A stretch of DNA of 32,000 nt, from the NCBI GenBank assembly GCA_028279805.1, contig JANQMZ010000007.1, positions 390,001 through 422,000 of the forward strand. Direction: 5' to 3'. The notes beneath the pieces were generated by a model that was not told the DNA's origin, made no database searches, and worked only from the letters and a program-made list of their open reading frames with translations. The position numbers and the translations under genes are program-made. Origin of the DNA: an archaeon. GTDB taxonomy: Archaea > Iainarchaeota > Iainarchaeia > Iainarchaeales > JANQMZ01. Below, piece by piece: positions 1 to 8,846 of the stretch. Each line of letters begins with the position of its first letter. Position 1 is the stretch's first letter.

Positions 1-1819
1 CACAAAAAAAATTAAGCAAAAATATGTTCAGTTTGAAGAAACAGAACAAAAAATGATTCAGGCATTGGTTGATGAAATAAAAAAAGACAATCCTGATTTT
101 TTAATAACATATAACGGGGATTCATTTGACTTTCCTTATTTGAAAGACAGGGCTGAACAATTCAAAATAAAACTTGACATGGGCCTGGATGGAGCAGAAC
201 CAAAAGCAAAAAGAAAAGGATTTGGGTCAGCAGTGCAGGTTAAAGGCCGGCCTCATTTAGATGCTTTTCAGATAGTCAGAATTCTTGCAAGATTTCAGGT
301 AATAAATTTATTAAAATATGATTTGGAATCAGTTTCAGAAGCATTACTGGGAGAAAAAAAAGAAAAAATTCAGGCAGCAGAAATAAATCAAATCTGGGAT
401 TCAGGAAAAGATTTAGAAAAACTGGCAGATTATAATATTGCAGATGCAATAACAACCCACAAACTAACAGAACAATATCTGCCATTGTTTCTGGAATTAA
501 GCAGGCTTGTAAAGCATGTTCCCTTTGATTCAAGCAGAACAAGCGCAGGACAACTGGTTGAATACCTTTTAATGAATAAAGCCTTTATTGAGGGCATTTT
601 AATACCAAATAAGCCATTTGAATCAGATGTTAAAAGCCGTGATTTGTCGCCTATTACCGGAGGATATGTAAAAGAACCAAGGCCCGGATTGCATGAAAAC
701 TTGGCTGTACTGGATTTTACAAGTTTGCATCCGAGCATAATGATTTCACACAACATCAGTCCTGACACGTTAAATTGTGGTCATGCTGATTGCAAGAAAA
801 AAAATTCTGCTCCCACCGGAGACTATTTTTGCACTGAAAAAAAAGGATTCATGTCAGGCATATTGGAGGAATTGTTTAACAGGAGAAAAAAATTAAAAAA
901 AGAATTAAAAGAATTGAAAAAAGGTTCACGTGAATACAAATTGATTCATGCAAGACAGCATGCTTTGAAAATTGTGTTAAATTCTTTTTATGGTACACTA
1001 GTTTTTCCAAGATTTAGATGGTATTCAAGAGAATGTGGGGCAGCAGTAACAGCATGGAGCAGACAATATGTTAAAATGATTTCAAAAAGAGCCGATGAAA
1101 ATGGTTTTGAATCAATTTATGGTGATACAGATTCGGCTTTTTTAAAAATTCCTGAAAATAAAACAAAGCAAAATGTAAAAGAATTTGTAAAAAAAATTAA
1201 TTCAGAATTGCCGGGCATAATGAATTTGGAATTGGAAGATTTTTATAAAAGAGGAATTTTTGTAACAAAAGAGTCAGGTGAAGCGGCAAAAAAAAGATAT
1301 GCATTGGTTGACTTTAAGGGAAATTTAAAAATTGTCGGCTTTGAATATGTTCGCAGAGACTGGGCAGGCGTTGCAAAAGAAACTCAAAGAGAAGTAATTG
1401 CAGCAATTTTGGATGAAGGGGATGTGGACAAAGCTGCAAAAATTGTTAAAGAAAAAATAAAACAATTAAAAGACGGAAAAACTCCGAAAAAAGATTTAAC
1501 TGTGTTTACTCAAATCAGGCAAGGGTTAGATGAATACAAAAGTGTCGGGCCGCACATTGCAGCTGCGAAAAAGGCTGTGGAAAAAGGAAAAGATTTGGAT
1601 TCTGGTTCAATAATTGAATACATTATAACACGCAGGGGAAAAAGCATTAGTGATAAAGCGCAATTGGCTGAATATGTAAAAGAAGGGGATTACGATGAAG
1701 AATATTACATTTCAAACCAGGTTATTCCGGCTGTAATAAAAATAATGCGGGAATTAGGTTATTCAGAAGATGACCTGAATCACGGGGGAAAACAGGTTGA
1801 TTTAAGTTCTTTTAGCTAA
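1..1819 (+). CDS. polB: Family B DNA polymerase, C-terminal ~590 aa (gene runs off the 5' window edge)
   Basis: The frame is open from base 2 upstream of the ATG at 53, so the window truncates the gene. Motifs: ExoII-like YNGDSFDFPYL, ExoIII-like YNIADAITTHKL, pol motif A DFTSLHPSI, motif B KIVLNSFYG, motif C YGDTDS. Confidence 0.93.
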   Translation, partial: TKKIKQKYVQFEETEQKMIQALVDEIKKDNPDFLITYNGDSFDFPYLKDRAEQFKIKLDMGLDGAEPKAKRKGFGSAVQVKGRPHLDAFQIVRILARFQVINLLKYDLESVSEALLGEKKEKIQAAEINQIWDSGKDLEKLADYNIADAITTHKLTEQYLPLFLELSRLVKHVPFDSSRTSAGQLVEYLLMNKAFIEGILIPNKPFESDVKSRDLSPITGGYVKEPRPGLHENLAVLDFTSLHPSIMISHNISPDTLNCGHADCKKKNSAPTGDYFCTEKKGFMSGILEELFNRRKKLKKELKELKKGSREYKLIHARQHALKIVLNSFYGTLVFPRFRWYSRECGAAVTAWSRQYVKMISKRADENGFESIYGDTDSAFLKIPENKTKQNVKEFVKKINSELPGIMNLELEDFYKRGIFVTKESGEAAKKRYALVDFKGNLKIVGFEYVRRDWAGVAKETQREVIAAILDEGDVDKAAKIVKEKIKQLKDGKTPKKDLTVFTQIRQGLDEYKSVGPHIAAAKKAVEKGKDLDSGSIIEYIITRRGKSISDKAQLAEYVKEGDYDEEYYISNQVIPAVIKIMRELGYSEDDLNHGGKQVDLSSFS

Positions 1820-1844
1820 AAAAAGCTAATATAGGCGTTTTTTT

Positions 1845-2741
1845 ATGGATGAAACAATTGCAAAAAAATACCAAAAAGCAGGCAAAATATTGAAAGAAGC
1901 ACAAGAAAAAGCCAAAAAAAAGGCTAAAAGTGGTGTAAATTTGCTTGAATTGGCTGAAACAATTGAAAAATTCGTAGAAAGTAAGGGCGCAAAACCGGCT
2001 TTTCCGGTTAATTTATCCACAAATAATAACGCAGCACACCAAACTCCGGCTTTAGGAGAAATGACTACGCTGCAAAAAGAAGATGTTGTAAAAATTGATA
2101 TTGGTGCGCATATTGACGGTTACATTGCAGACTCATCCTTTACATTAAATTTGTCAGGCGATTATAAAGATTTGATTAAAGCAACAGATGAAGCTTTGAA
2201 AAATGCAATAAAAGCAGTTGAAGATGACTTGGATTTGGGACAGACCGGAAAAATAATTCAGGATACAATTAAAAGCCACGGTTTCAATCCTGTTCAAAAT
2301 TTGTCAGGCCACGGACTAATGCGTTATATGCAGCATGCTCCTCCAAGCATTCCAAACATTGAAAAAAATGATGAACGCGGATTTGAAAATGACCATGTTT
2401 ATGCAATTGAACCATTTGCAACTGACGGAGTTGGATTTGTAAAAGAAGGAACTGTTTCAGAAATATACATGATTGAAGAAGAAAGAAACGTTCGCAATCC
2501 TTATGCAAGAAAAATTTTAGAATTTGTTGAAAAAGAATATCAAGGGCTGCCTTTTGCAGAACGCTGGTTACAAAAATTAAAATTAAGTGAATTTCAATTA
2601 AAAGTTGGGTTAAAATCTTTAATGCAGGAAAAAATATTGAAAAGTTTTCCAATATTGCATGAAGATCCTGGCAAAATTGTTTCACAATCAGAAAATTCTG
2701 TTTTAATTTTTGAAGAAAAAGTTATAACACTGGTGAAATAA
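1845..2741 (+). CDS. map: Methionine aminopeptidase, type 2 (short archaeal form)
   Basis: 298-aa ORF with AFPVNLSTNNNAAHQTP and DIGAHIDGYIADSSFT segments. The C-terminal helical insert is typical of archaeal MetAP2. Confidence 0.85.
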   Translation: MDETIAKKYQKAGKILKEAQEKAKKKAKSGVNLLELAETIEKFVESKGAKPAFPVNLSTNNNAAHQTPALGEMTTLQKEDVVKIDIGAHIDGYIADSSFTLNLSGDYKDLIKATDEALKNAIKAVEDDLDLGQTGKIIQDTIKSHGFNPVQNLSGHGLMRYMQHAPPSIPNIEKNDERGFENDHVYAIEPFATDGVGFVKEGTVSEIYMIEEERNVRNPYARKILEFVEKEYQGLPFAERWLQKLKLSEFQLKVGLKSLMQEKILKSFPILHEDPGKIVSQSENSVLIFEEKVITLVK

Positions 2742-2779
2742 AATGTGCCGCCGTAGATGAATCACACAAATTCTTGGAC

Positions 2780-2895
2780 ACGCGGGCTGACTCCCGCGAC
2801 ACGTCTGCGGGTGCTATCTAAAGATAGCACACAAATGCGCTTCAAAAGCGCCAGTCCCAGTGAAACTGGGGCGTTCATACGCGGAACACCGCGTT
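2780..2895 (+). ncRNA. GC-rich multi-hairpin module, copy 1 (immediately 5' of tRNA-Arg); unknown family
   Basis: Consecutive perfect hairpins: CGCGGG/CCCGCG 2781-2798 (alternative CCCGC 2793-2797/GCGGG 2807-2811), GTGCTATC/GATAGCAC 2811-2830, GCGCT/AGCGC 2837-2851, CCCAGT/ACTGGG 2856-2870, ACGCGG/CCGCGT 2879-2894. It shares strings with 10220-10325 and 14463-14572. Strand is assumed from the adjacent tRNA. Confidence 0.55.
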
Positions 2896-2967
2896 GGCCC
2901 TGTGGTGTAATGGATAGCATAAAAGCTTGCGGAGCTTTTGACTCGGGTTCGACTCCCGGCGGGGTCA
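2896..2967 (+). tRNA. tRNA-Arg (anticodon GCG)
   Basis: Hand-folded 72-nt cloverleaf. Acceptor GGCCCTG/CGGGGTC has 2 G-U pairs. D arm GTGT-AATGGATA-GCAT, anticodon arm AAAGC-TTGCGGA-GCTTT, T arm TCGGG-TTCGACT-CCCGG, discriminator A. Confidence 0.82.
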
Positions 2968-3006
2968 TTCAAAAACATTTTTTAATGCTGAAAACATATT
3001 TTTGGC

Positions 3007-4497
3007 ATGTTTATTCACATTACTTTTGATGATTTTAAGGCAGTTTTGCGTGATACGGGCATTATTCTAAAGTATTCATCTGTAATGTTTTTGATTCCTA
3101 TAATTTTATCCCTGTTTTTTCAGGAAGGGTTTGAAATTTTTTCATTTTATTTGGTTTCAGGTGTTATTGGTTTTTTGCTGGGAATTGTTTTGGAAAAATT
3201 GTTTGAAACAAAACTTGAAACAGATTTACAGCATGCTTTTTTAACAACAAGTTTGGCCTGGTTAATTTTTCCGGCTTTGGCTGCATTGCCGTTTTTTTTA
3301 ATTCAGAATATGTCTTTTGCAGATTCTTTATTTGAATCAATGTCAGCTTTAACAACAACCGGCTTGACTGTTATGGGGCATCTGATTGAGAATTCACCAA
3401 AAAGCCTGGTTTTGTGGAGAAGTTTTCTAAGCTGGATCGGAGGAATCGGCATTGTTGTTTTGGCTTCATTAGGATTGTTTGTTACTTATACTAAAGCTTC
3501 AAAATTAATTGTTTCGGAGGAAGGAAAAGAAAGGTTAAGGCCTAATTTGAAAAACAGTGTAAAACTTGTTTTCAAAATTTATTCAGTTTTAACAATTATC
3601 GGAATTGTGTTGTTATTTTTAAGCGGAATGACTTTGTTTCAGGCAATAAATTATTCCATGTCAGCAATTTCAACAACAGGAATGGATTTGACTTATGAAG
3701 GATTGGCAGCAACAAACAATTACTGGCAGCCTTTAGGCATTCATAATTACTGGGTTGACTTGAGTTTAATTTTTATAATGTTAATGGGAGCAACAGCTTT
3801 TTCTTTGCATTATTTGTTCTGGAAAAACAAAAACATTTTTGAATATTTTAAGGATCCGGAATTTAAAGTTTTAATTTTAGCTTCATTGGTTTCAGCATTT
3901 GCGGTTATTCCAAAGCTTGGAATTCAAAGTTCAATATTTCACGCAGTTTCTTCAATAACAGGCGGAGGTTTTTCGTTAATTTTACCTGAACAAATCGGGT
4001 TATGGCCAAGTTTTGTTTTGCTTGTTTTAACGGCAATAATGTTTATTGGAGGCAGTTCAGGTTCAACGGCGGGCGGAATAAAGATTAGCAGGTTTATTAT
4101 TTTTGTTAAAAGCATTTACTGGAAAATAAAGCAAACAATTTTGCCAGAAGAAGCTGTTTTTGCAAAAAAATTTGAAAAAAGAATAATAAAAGATTCTGAA
4201 ATAAAACAGGTTTTTCAGTTCATTGTTTTTTATGCTTTATTTGTTTTTTTGGGCGTTTTTGTCCTGACTTTTGAAGGATTTGAAATGAGCCAGGCTTTGT
4301 TTGAGGTTGTATCAGCTCAAAGCAATGTTGGAATTTCGGCAGGAATATCGGAACAAGGTTTGCCTTTGTTGTCAAAAACAATGTTGATTTTGAACATGTG
4401 GATTGGCCGTTTGGAAATTTTGCCTTTTTTCAGCATTGTTGGTTTTTTGCTTGCATTATTTTCAGGCAAAAAAGGAAAAGTTATATTAAACAATTAA
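3007..4497 (+). CDS. trkH: TrkH/KtrB-family K+ uptake membrane subunit
   Basis: 496-aa polytopic protein with repeated pore-loop-like segments (LTTTGLTV, ISTTGMD, ITGGGFS, GSTAGGIK). It lies directly upstream of trkA. Confidence 0.85.
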   Translation: MFIHITFDDFKAVLRDTGIILKYSSVMFLIPIILSLFFQEGFEIFSFYLVSGVIGFLLGIVLEKLFETKLETDLQHAFLTTSLAWLIFPALAALPFFLIQNMSFADSLFESMSALTTTGLTVMGHLIENSPKSLVLWRSFLSWIGGIGIVVLASLGLFVTYTKASKLIVSEEGKERLRPNLKNSVKLVFKIYSVLTIIGIVLLFLSGMTLFQAINYSMSAISTTGMDLTYEGLAATNNYWQPLGIHNYWVDLSLIFIMLMGATAFSLHYLFWKNKNIFEYFKDPEFKVLILASLVSAFAVIPKLGIQSSIFHAVSSITGGGFSLILPEQIGLWPSFVLLVLTAIMFIGGSSGSTAGGIKISRFIIFVKSIYWKIKQTILPEEAVFAKKFEKRIIKDSEIKQVFQFIVFYALFVFLGVFVLTFEGFEMSQALFEVVSAQSNVGISAGISEQGLPLLSKTMLILNMWIGRLEILPFFSIVGFLLALFSGKKGKVILNN

Positions 4498-4510
4498 CTA
4501 AAATGATACC

Positions 4511-5164
4511 ATGTACATTGTAATTGTTGGAGCGAACGAATTGGGAAAATTTTTAGCCAAAACATTAATTGAAGAAAACCATGATGTTGTTGTAATTGAC
4601 AAAAACAAGGACGTGTGCGAACAAGTTGCCAATGAACTTGACTTGGTTTGTTCTAATGGAGATGCAACAGAACAAAAAGTTTTGGAAAATGCAGGAATAA
4701 AAGAATCAGATGCCGTTGTTTCCTTAACAACACATGATGAAACTAATATGGTTGTTTCTTTGCTGGCAAAAGAACTGGGTGCAAAAACTGTTGCTGCAAG
4801 ATTGGGCAAAACTGATTATAATGAAAAAGTTTTGGAAAGATTAGGCATAGACATTGTTGTTCATCCTGAAGCAGCTGAAGCTGGTTATATTGCTGAAATG
4901 ATTACAAAACCGGAATTACTGGATTTGGCTTTTATTTCAAAAGGCTCGGCTGAAATAATGGAAGTAAAAATTGGGGAAAAAAGCAAAATTGTCGGAAAAA
5001 AAGTTTCAGAACTGGGTTTGCCAGAGGGCTGTTCTTTGATTGCGATTCTTGAAAATGATGATATTTTAATTCCAAAACCTGATTCAATAATAAAAAAAGG
5101 CCAAAAAGTTTTAATTATTGCAAAAAGAGATGTGGTTGAGGCAGTCAGAAAAGCTATTAATTAA
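4511..5164 (+). CDS. trkA: TrkA K+ uptake regulatory subunit (RCK: TrkA-N plus TrkA-C)
   Basis: MYIVIVGANELGKFLAKTL...VVVID Rossmann motif, a C-terminal TrkA-C-like domain, 217 aa. Confidence 0.9.
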   Translation: MYIVIVGANELGKFLAKTLIEENHDVVVIDKNKDVCEQVANELDLVCSNGDATEQKVLENAGIKESDAVVSLTTHDETNMVVSLLAKELGAKTVAARLGKTDYNEKVLERLGIDIVVHPEAAEAGYIAEMITKPELLDLAFISKGSAEIMEVKIGEKSKIVGKKVSELGLPEGCSLIAILENDDILIPKPDSIIKKGQKVLIIAKRDVVEAVRKAIN

Positions 5165-5176
5165 CAGCGAATCAAT

Positions 5177-6448
5177 TTAATTTTTTAAAAGATTCCAGCC
5201 TTTTAACAAAACATGATTAAACCAATATCCTGCTAAAAGAGATGTGAATATTGCGGTTAAAACAAGAGTCATGAAAAATGTCTGATTAATTATTCCCACA
5301 TCAAAAGCAATTGTGGCAAGAACTATTCCCGGCCCGCCTCTTGTGTTCATTGCAACAGCAAAATTAAAACTGGAAAGCCAGTCATTTTTAGTTAATCTTG
5401 CAGCAATTAATGTTCCGATTGACGCAAACGCTGTTGTAAATGCTAAAAAACCTAAAAAGAACATTAAATCAAAATGATGAATTAAATCCAGTCTTAAACC
5501 GACAACTGCAAAATATATGGGAACAAAAAATGCAAGAGAAATTTCTTTAATGTGAGTTCTGGCAGTTTCAAATTTTTCATTAGGCAGCCTTCCAACAAGT
5601 ATTCCCGCTAAAAAAGCTCCGAAAACAATGTTTACATTTAAGATGCTTGCTATTGCCGCAAAAAAGAAACATATAAACAAAATATATCCCGGAACGGATG
5701 ATTTAATCAAAACATTTATTCTCAAATTATTAATAAAGCTGATTAATTTAGGCATTAACAAAAGAGCAACAAAAAAGAAACCTAATGTAATAAACACTGT
5801 GAATATAATGCCGGATGTGGATACTGCTTCTGCACTTACAATTCCTGTGGCTATAGCCAGAGCCACCCACAATATTATGTCCTGAATTGTGGCAGTGGCT
5901 AAAACAATTTTTGCAAAACGCGTATTTATTATTTTTAAATCCATAAAAATTCTTGAAATAACCGGAATTGATGTTACAGCAACAGCTATTGCAATGACAA
6001 TTGTTAACGCGAGCATGTTATTTTTAACACCTAAAAAAGGAGAAAAGTCGTAAAAATTTGGAGCAAACCATCCTGCAAGAAACGGAATTAAAGTTGCACC
6101 AACCAAAAGAGCAAAAATGGTTTTTTTATCACCACTATTAAACGATTTTTGAATTTCAAAACCGGATATGAACATTAACAATATTAATCCGAACCAGTAA
6201 ATCACAGATATTAATTTTCCTTCAGAGGGAAATGCGTTAAAAATCCAGTTATATGTTTCCGGGAAAAAAAAACCCAAAATGCTCGGGCCCAAAATTAGCC
6301 CTCCTACAATCTCCCCAATAACTTTTGGTATTTTAAATCGCTGAAACAAATAACCAAAACTATGTGCCGAAATTAAAAGCAATACTATTGCAAAAAAAAA
6401 TCTTGTTAATTCCATATTACTTAAAGTAATGAGATTATCCACAACCAT
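5177..6448 (-). CDS. Cation:proton antiporter (CPA2, Kef/NapA-like Na+/K+:H+ exchanger)
   Basis: 423-aa protein with about 12 TM segments and an N-terminal pattern (KIPKVIGEIVGGLILGPSILG) typical of the Na_H_Exchanger family. Confidence 0.8.
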   Translation of the reverse strand: MVVDNLITLSNMELTRFFFAIVLLLISAHSFGYLFQRFKIPKVIGEIVGGLILGPSILGFFFPETYNWIFNAFPSEGKLISVIYWFGLILLMFISGFEIQKSFNSGDKKTIFALLVGATLIPFLAGWFAPNFYDFSPFLGVKNNMLALTIVIAIAVAVTSIPVISRIFMDLKIINTRFAKIVLATATIQDIILWVALAIATGIVSAEAVSTSGIIFTVFITLGFFFVALLLMPKLISFINNLRINVLIKSSVPGYILFICFFFAAIASILNVNIVFGAFLAGILVGRLPNEKFETARTHIKEISLAFFVPIYFAVVGLRLDLIHHFDLMFFLGFLAFTTAFASIGTLIAARLTKNDWLSSFNFAVAMNTRGGPGIVLATIAFDVGIINQTFFMTLVLTAIFTSLLAGYWFNHVLLKGWNLLKN

Positions 6449-6676
6449 AACATTCTTCCTTTTCCATTTACATTATTTCTTTATTTGATTTGTTTATTAA
6501 TATGCATTCATCTTAAGAGCTAAAAACAAAAACTATTTAAATGCTCAAAACAGGATTATAATAGTGGGTTAAAATGAGAAGGGATTTACTTCACAAATAA
6601 CGCTTTTTCTTACGATTTGATTAGCCCGCGGAACAGTTTTAAACAATTTTCCTTAATTTTAGCTTTAGCTTTCAAT

Positions 6677-6752
6677 GGCGGCGGTAGTGTAATGGTTAGC
6701 ATAGAAGACTGTGGATCTTCTGGTTCGGGTTCAAATCCCGGCCGCGGCCCCA
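6677..6752 (+). tRNA. tRNA-His (anticodon GTG) with encoded G-1 and encoded 3' CCA
   Basis: G-1 at 6677. Acceptor GCGGCGG/CCGCGGC has one G3-G70 mismatch by my fold. Anticodon arm GAAGA-CTGTGGA-TCTTC, T arm TCGGG-TTCAAAT-CCCGG, discriminator C6749, then CCA 6750-6752. Confidence 0.82.
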
Positions 6753-6771
6753 TTTTCAACAGGTGTTTAAA

Positions 6772-8013
6772 ATGAAAACAGTTAAAGGAATGCGGGATTT
6801 TTTACAAAACAAGGCTGCTAAAAAAAAATATTTAGAAAACCTGTGCAAGGATTCATTTGAAAAATACGGCTTTCAGCCAATGGAAACACCAATTGTTGAA
6901 GAATTGGATTTACTGGTAAAAAAAGGTTCAGCCGGTGAAGAAATTGAAAAAGAAATTTATTCATTCAAAGACAAAGCTGAAAGAAAACTAGGTTTAAGGT
7001 TTGATTTGACTGTTCCACTGGCAAGAATTGTTGCAACAAATCTGCAATTAAAAATGCCTTTTAAAAGATATCAAATTGGACGCGTTTACAGGTATGACCG
7101 GCCGCAGGCTAAAAGGTATAGAGAATTTACTCAGGCTGATGTGGACATAATCGGAGTGAAAAGTGTTCTGGCTGACTTTGAATGTGTTGCATTAGCAGTT
7201 GAAATAATGAAAAAACTTGAAACAGAATTTTTTATTAGCTTAAATTCAAGAAAATTATTGGAGGAATTGGCAAAATTATCAGGAGTAAAAGAAAATCAAA
7301 TTGTTGACTGTTTCAGAATTTTGGATAAACTTGATAAAATTGGTTTGGACAGAGTAAAAAAAGAATTAAAACAAAAACACATTAATTCTGAAATATTAAA
7401 ACTGGTTAAAGAAACAAATCTGGATAAAATTGAAACAAAATTAAAACAAAAAAATTTATCGCTGGAAGGGTTAAATGAATTGAAAGAATTAATGGATTTG
7501 TTAAAAGAAAATTCTCTTGATGATTTTGTAAAAATTGATTTAAGTCTGGCAAGAGGTTTGGCTTATTACACCGGAATTGTTTTTGAAGTTAAACTGAAAA
7601 AAGGACCGAGTGTTGCTGCCGGAGGCCGGTATGATAATTTGATTGAATCTTTTGGCGGAAAACCAACAGCTGCTGTTGGAATCAGCTTTGGAATTGACAG
7701 GCTTTTGGATTCAGTGGAAGAAAAAATTGATTTGAAGAATTCAGTGCAATTTTTTGTTATTAGTGTTGGAAACACTCAAAAAGAATCATTAAAAATTGCC
7801 CAAATGTTAAGGGAGAAAGGAGCAAAAGTGGAAATTGATTTGCTTCAAAGAGGTTTGTCAAAAAATCTTGATTATGCTGATAAAAAAGGCATTCCTTTTG
7901 CTTTGATTTTAGGAGAAAAAGAATTAAAACAAAAAAAAGTTTTAATGAAAAACCTTGAATCCGGGGAAGAAAATCTGGTTAATTTAAATGACGTTTTTTT
8001 AGGAATGCGATGA
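6772..8013 (+). CDS. hisS: Histidyl-tRNA synthetase (class II)
   Basis: VKGMRDF N-terminus, LRFDLTVPLARIV (HisA-like motif), RYREFTQADVDIIG (motif 2 region), GGRYDNL and GISFGIDRL (motif 3 region), C-terminal anticodon-binding domain. I prefer ATG 6772 over the track's GTG 6763, because AGGTG at 6760-6764 sits 7 nt upstream of it. Confidence 0.9.
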   Translation: MKTVKGMRDFLQNKAAKKKYLENLCKDSFEKYGFQPMETPIVEELDLLVKKGSAGEEIEKEIYSFKDKAERKLGLRFDLTVPLARIVATNLQLKMPFKRYQIGRVYRYDRPQAKRYREFTQADVDIIGVKSVLADFECVALAVEIMKKLETEFFISLNSRKLLEELAKLSGVKENQIVDCFRILDKLDKIGLDRVKKELKQKHINSEILKLVKETNLDKIETKLKQKNLSLEGLNELKELMDLLKENSLDDFVKIDLSLARGLAYYTGIVFEVKLKKGPSVAAGGRYDNLIESFGGKPTAAVGISFGIDRLLDSVEEKIDLKNSVQFFVISVGNTQKESLKIAQMLREKGAKVEIDLLQRGLSKNLDYADKKGIPFALILGEKELKQKKVLMKNLESGEENLVNLNDVFLGMR

Positions 8014-8014
8014 T

Positions 8015-8086
8015 GCCTCGGTGGCTTAGTGGTATAGCACTGCATTGGTAATGCAGAGGTCGCGGGTTCAACTCCCGCTCGAGGCT
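8015..8086 (+). tRNA. tRNA-Thr (anticodon GGT)
   Basis: 72-nt cloverleaf: acceptor GCCTCGG/TCGAGGC, anticodon arm CTGCA-TTGGTAA-TGCAG, T arm GCGGG-TTCAACT-CCCGC. It starts 1 nt after the hisS stop codon. Confidence 0.9.
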
Positions 8087-8096
8087 TTCCCAAACA

Positions 8097-8104
8097 TTTA
8101 AAAT
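8097..8104 (+). promoter_or_regulatory. TATA box (TTTAAAAT) for rpiA, consistent with a leaderless or near-leaderless mRNA
   Basis: An AT-rich octamer about 24-27 nt upstream of ATG 8124, the classical archaeal TATA-to-TSS spacing. Confidence 0.45.
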
Positions 8105-8123
8105 AAAAAAAAGCAATATATGA

Positions 8124-8807
8124 ATGATTTTTATGCAAGAATCGTTAGTTGATTTTTTGGTTGAAAAATATATTCAAAAAGAACAAGTTTTGGGAATCGG
8201 AACGTCAAACGAAGCTGAAAAATTTATTAAAAGCATAGCTTTGAAAGATTTGAATGTAAAAATTGTTCCCACATCAACAAAATTAGCGGGAATAATTGCT
8301 TCTCTTGGTTTAGATGTTTGCGGAATATCGGAGCAGGAAATTGATGTTGCAATTGAATTTATTGACCAGATAGATGAACATTTTAGTTTTATTAAAAACA
8401 ATTCACATTCCCTTGTCAGAGACAAAATGATCGGACAGTCAGCTTCAGAATTGATTGTTGTGACTGATGAAAAAAATTTTGTTAAAAGATTAAAAGGAAT
8501 TGTTCCGGTTGAAATTACTCCTTTTGGCTGGAAAAGAACTTTAATTCAACTTGAAAATTTTGGAAATGCAAAATTGAAAGAAGAGTCCGGCAATCCTGTT
8601 AAAACTGAAACCGGGAATTTTTTTGTTGATGTTAATATTGCTGATATTTTTTCATTAGAAGAATTAGAACAAGAATTAAAGAATATTCCCGGCGTGTTGG
8701 AAACCGGTTTGTTTATTGGTTATGCTGACAGAATTGTTTTAACTGATGGAAAAGGAATAAAAGTTAAGTCAAGAATGATGCCTGATTTTTCAAAAGCAAA
8801 AACTTAA
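8124..8807 (+). CDS. rpiA: Ribose-5-phosphate isomerase A (divergent)
   Basis: 227 aa with the RpiA layout: LGIGTSNEA (GxGTGST-like), VPTS, IDVAIEFIDQID (DGADE-like region), PVEITPFGW, and a C-terminal GVLETGLF motif. Confidence 0.7.
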   Translation: MIFMQESLVDFLVEKYIQKEQVLGIGTSNEAEKFIKSIALKDLNVKIVPTSTKLAGIIASLGLDVCGISEQEIDVAIEFIDQIDEHFSFIKNNSHSLVRDKMIGQSASELIVVTDEKNFVKRLKGIVPVEITPFGWKRTLIQLENFGNAKLKEESGNPVKTETGNFFVDVNIADIFSLEELEQELKNIPGVLETGLFIGYADRIVLTDGKGIKVKSRMMPDFSKAKT

Positions 8808-8846
8808 AGCTTTCTAACCAAAATTATTAAGAAAAAACACTAAATT

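Noticed and set aside
2856-2870. CCCAGTGAAACTGGGG and CCACTGAAAGTGG look a little like archaeal origin recognition boxes (dyad plus G-string)
   Set aside because: They are parts of tRNA-linked hairpin modules, one of which is an intron. There is no orc1/cdc6 gene, no AT-rich unwinding element flanked by inverted boxes, and the match to the ORB consensus is only partial.
2748-2967. Alternative reading of 2748-2967 as one tRNA with a giant intron (acceptor GCCGCCG at 2748 pairing with CGGCGGG near 2957)
   Set aside because: The candidate 3' strand overlaps the T stem and leaves a G-G end pair. No D arm follows 2748. Meanwhile 2896-2967 already folds into a complete 72-nt tRNA-Arg.
2757-3029. 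Track ORFs 2757-3029 (+) and 2762-2968 (-) spanning the GC-rich block
   Set aside because: They run straight through the hairpin module and tRNA-Arg. They stay open only because GC-rich structured RNA lacks AT-rich stop codons. No start context or protein-like composition is visible.
6627-6635. CGCGGAACA upstream of tRNA-His, identical to part of the ACGCGGAACACCGCGT hairpin
   Set aside because: It is only 9 nt, with no complementary arm or neighbouring hairpins. It may be a relic of a fourth module, but that cannot be told from chance here.
7872-8138. Minus-strand ORF 7872-8138
   Set aside because: It is antisense to the hisS 3' end and tRNA-Thr. Its GC-rich middle is simply the tRNA, and there is no supporting start context.
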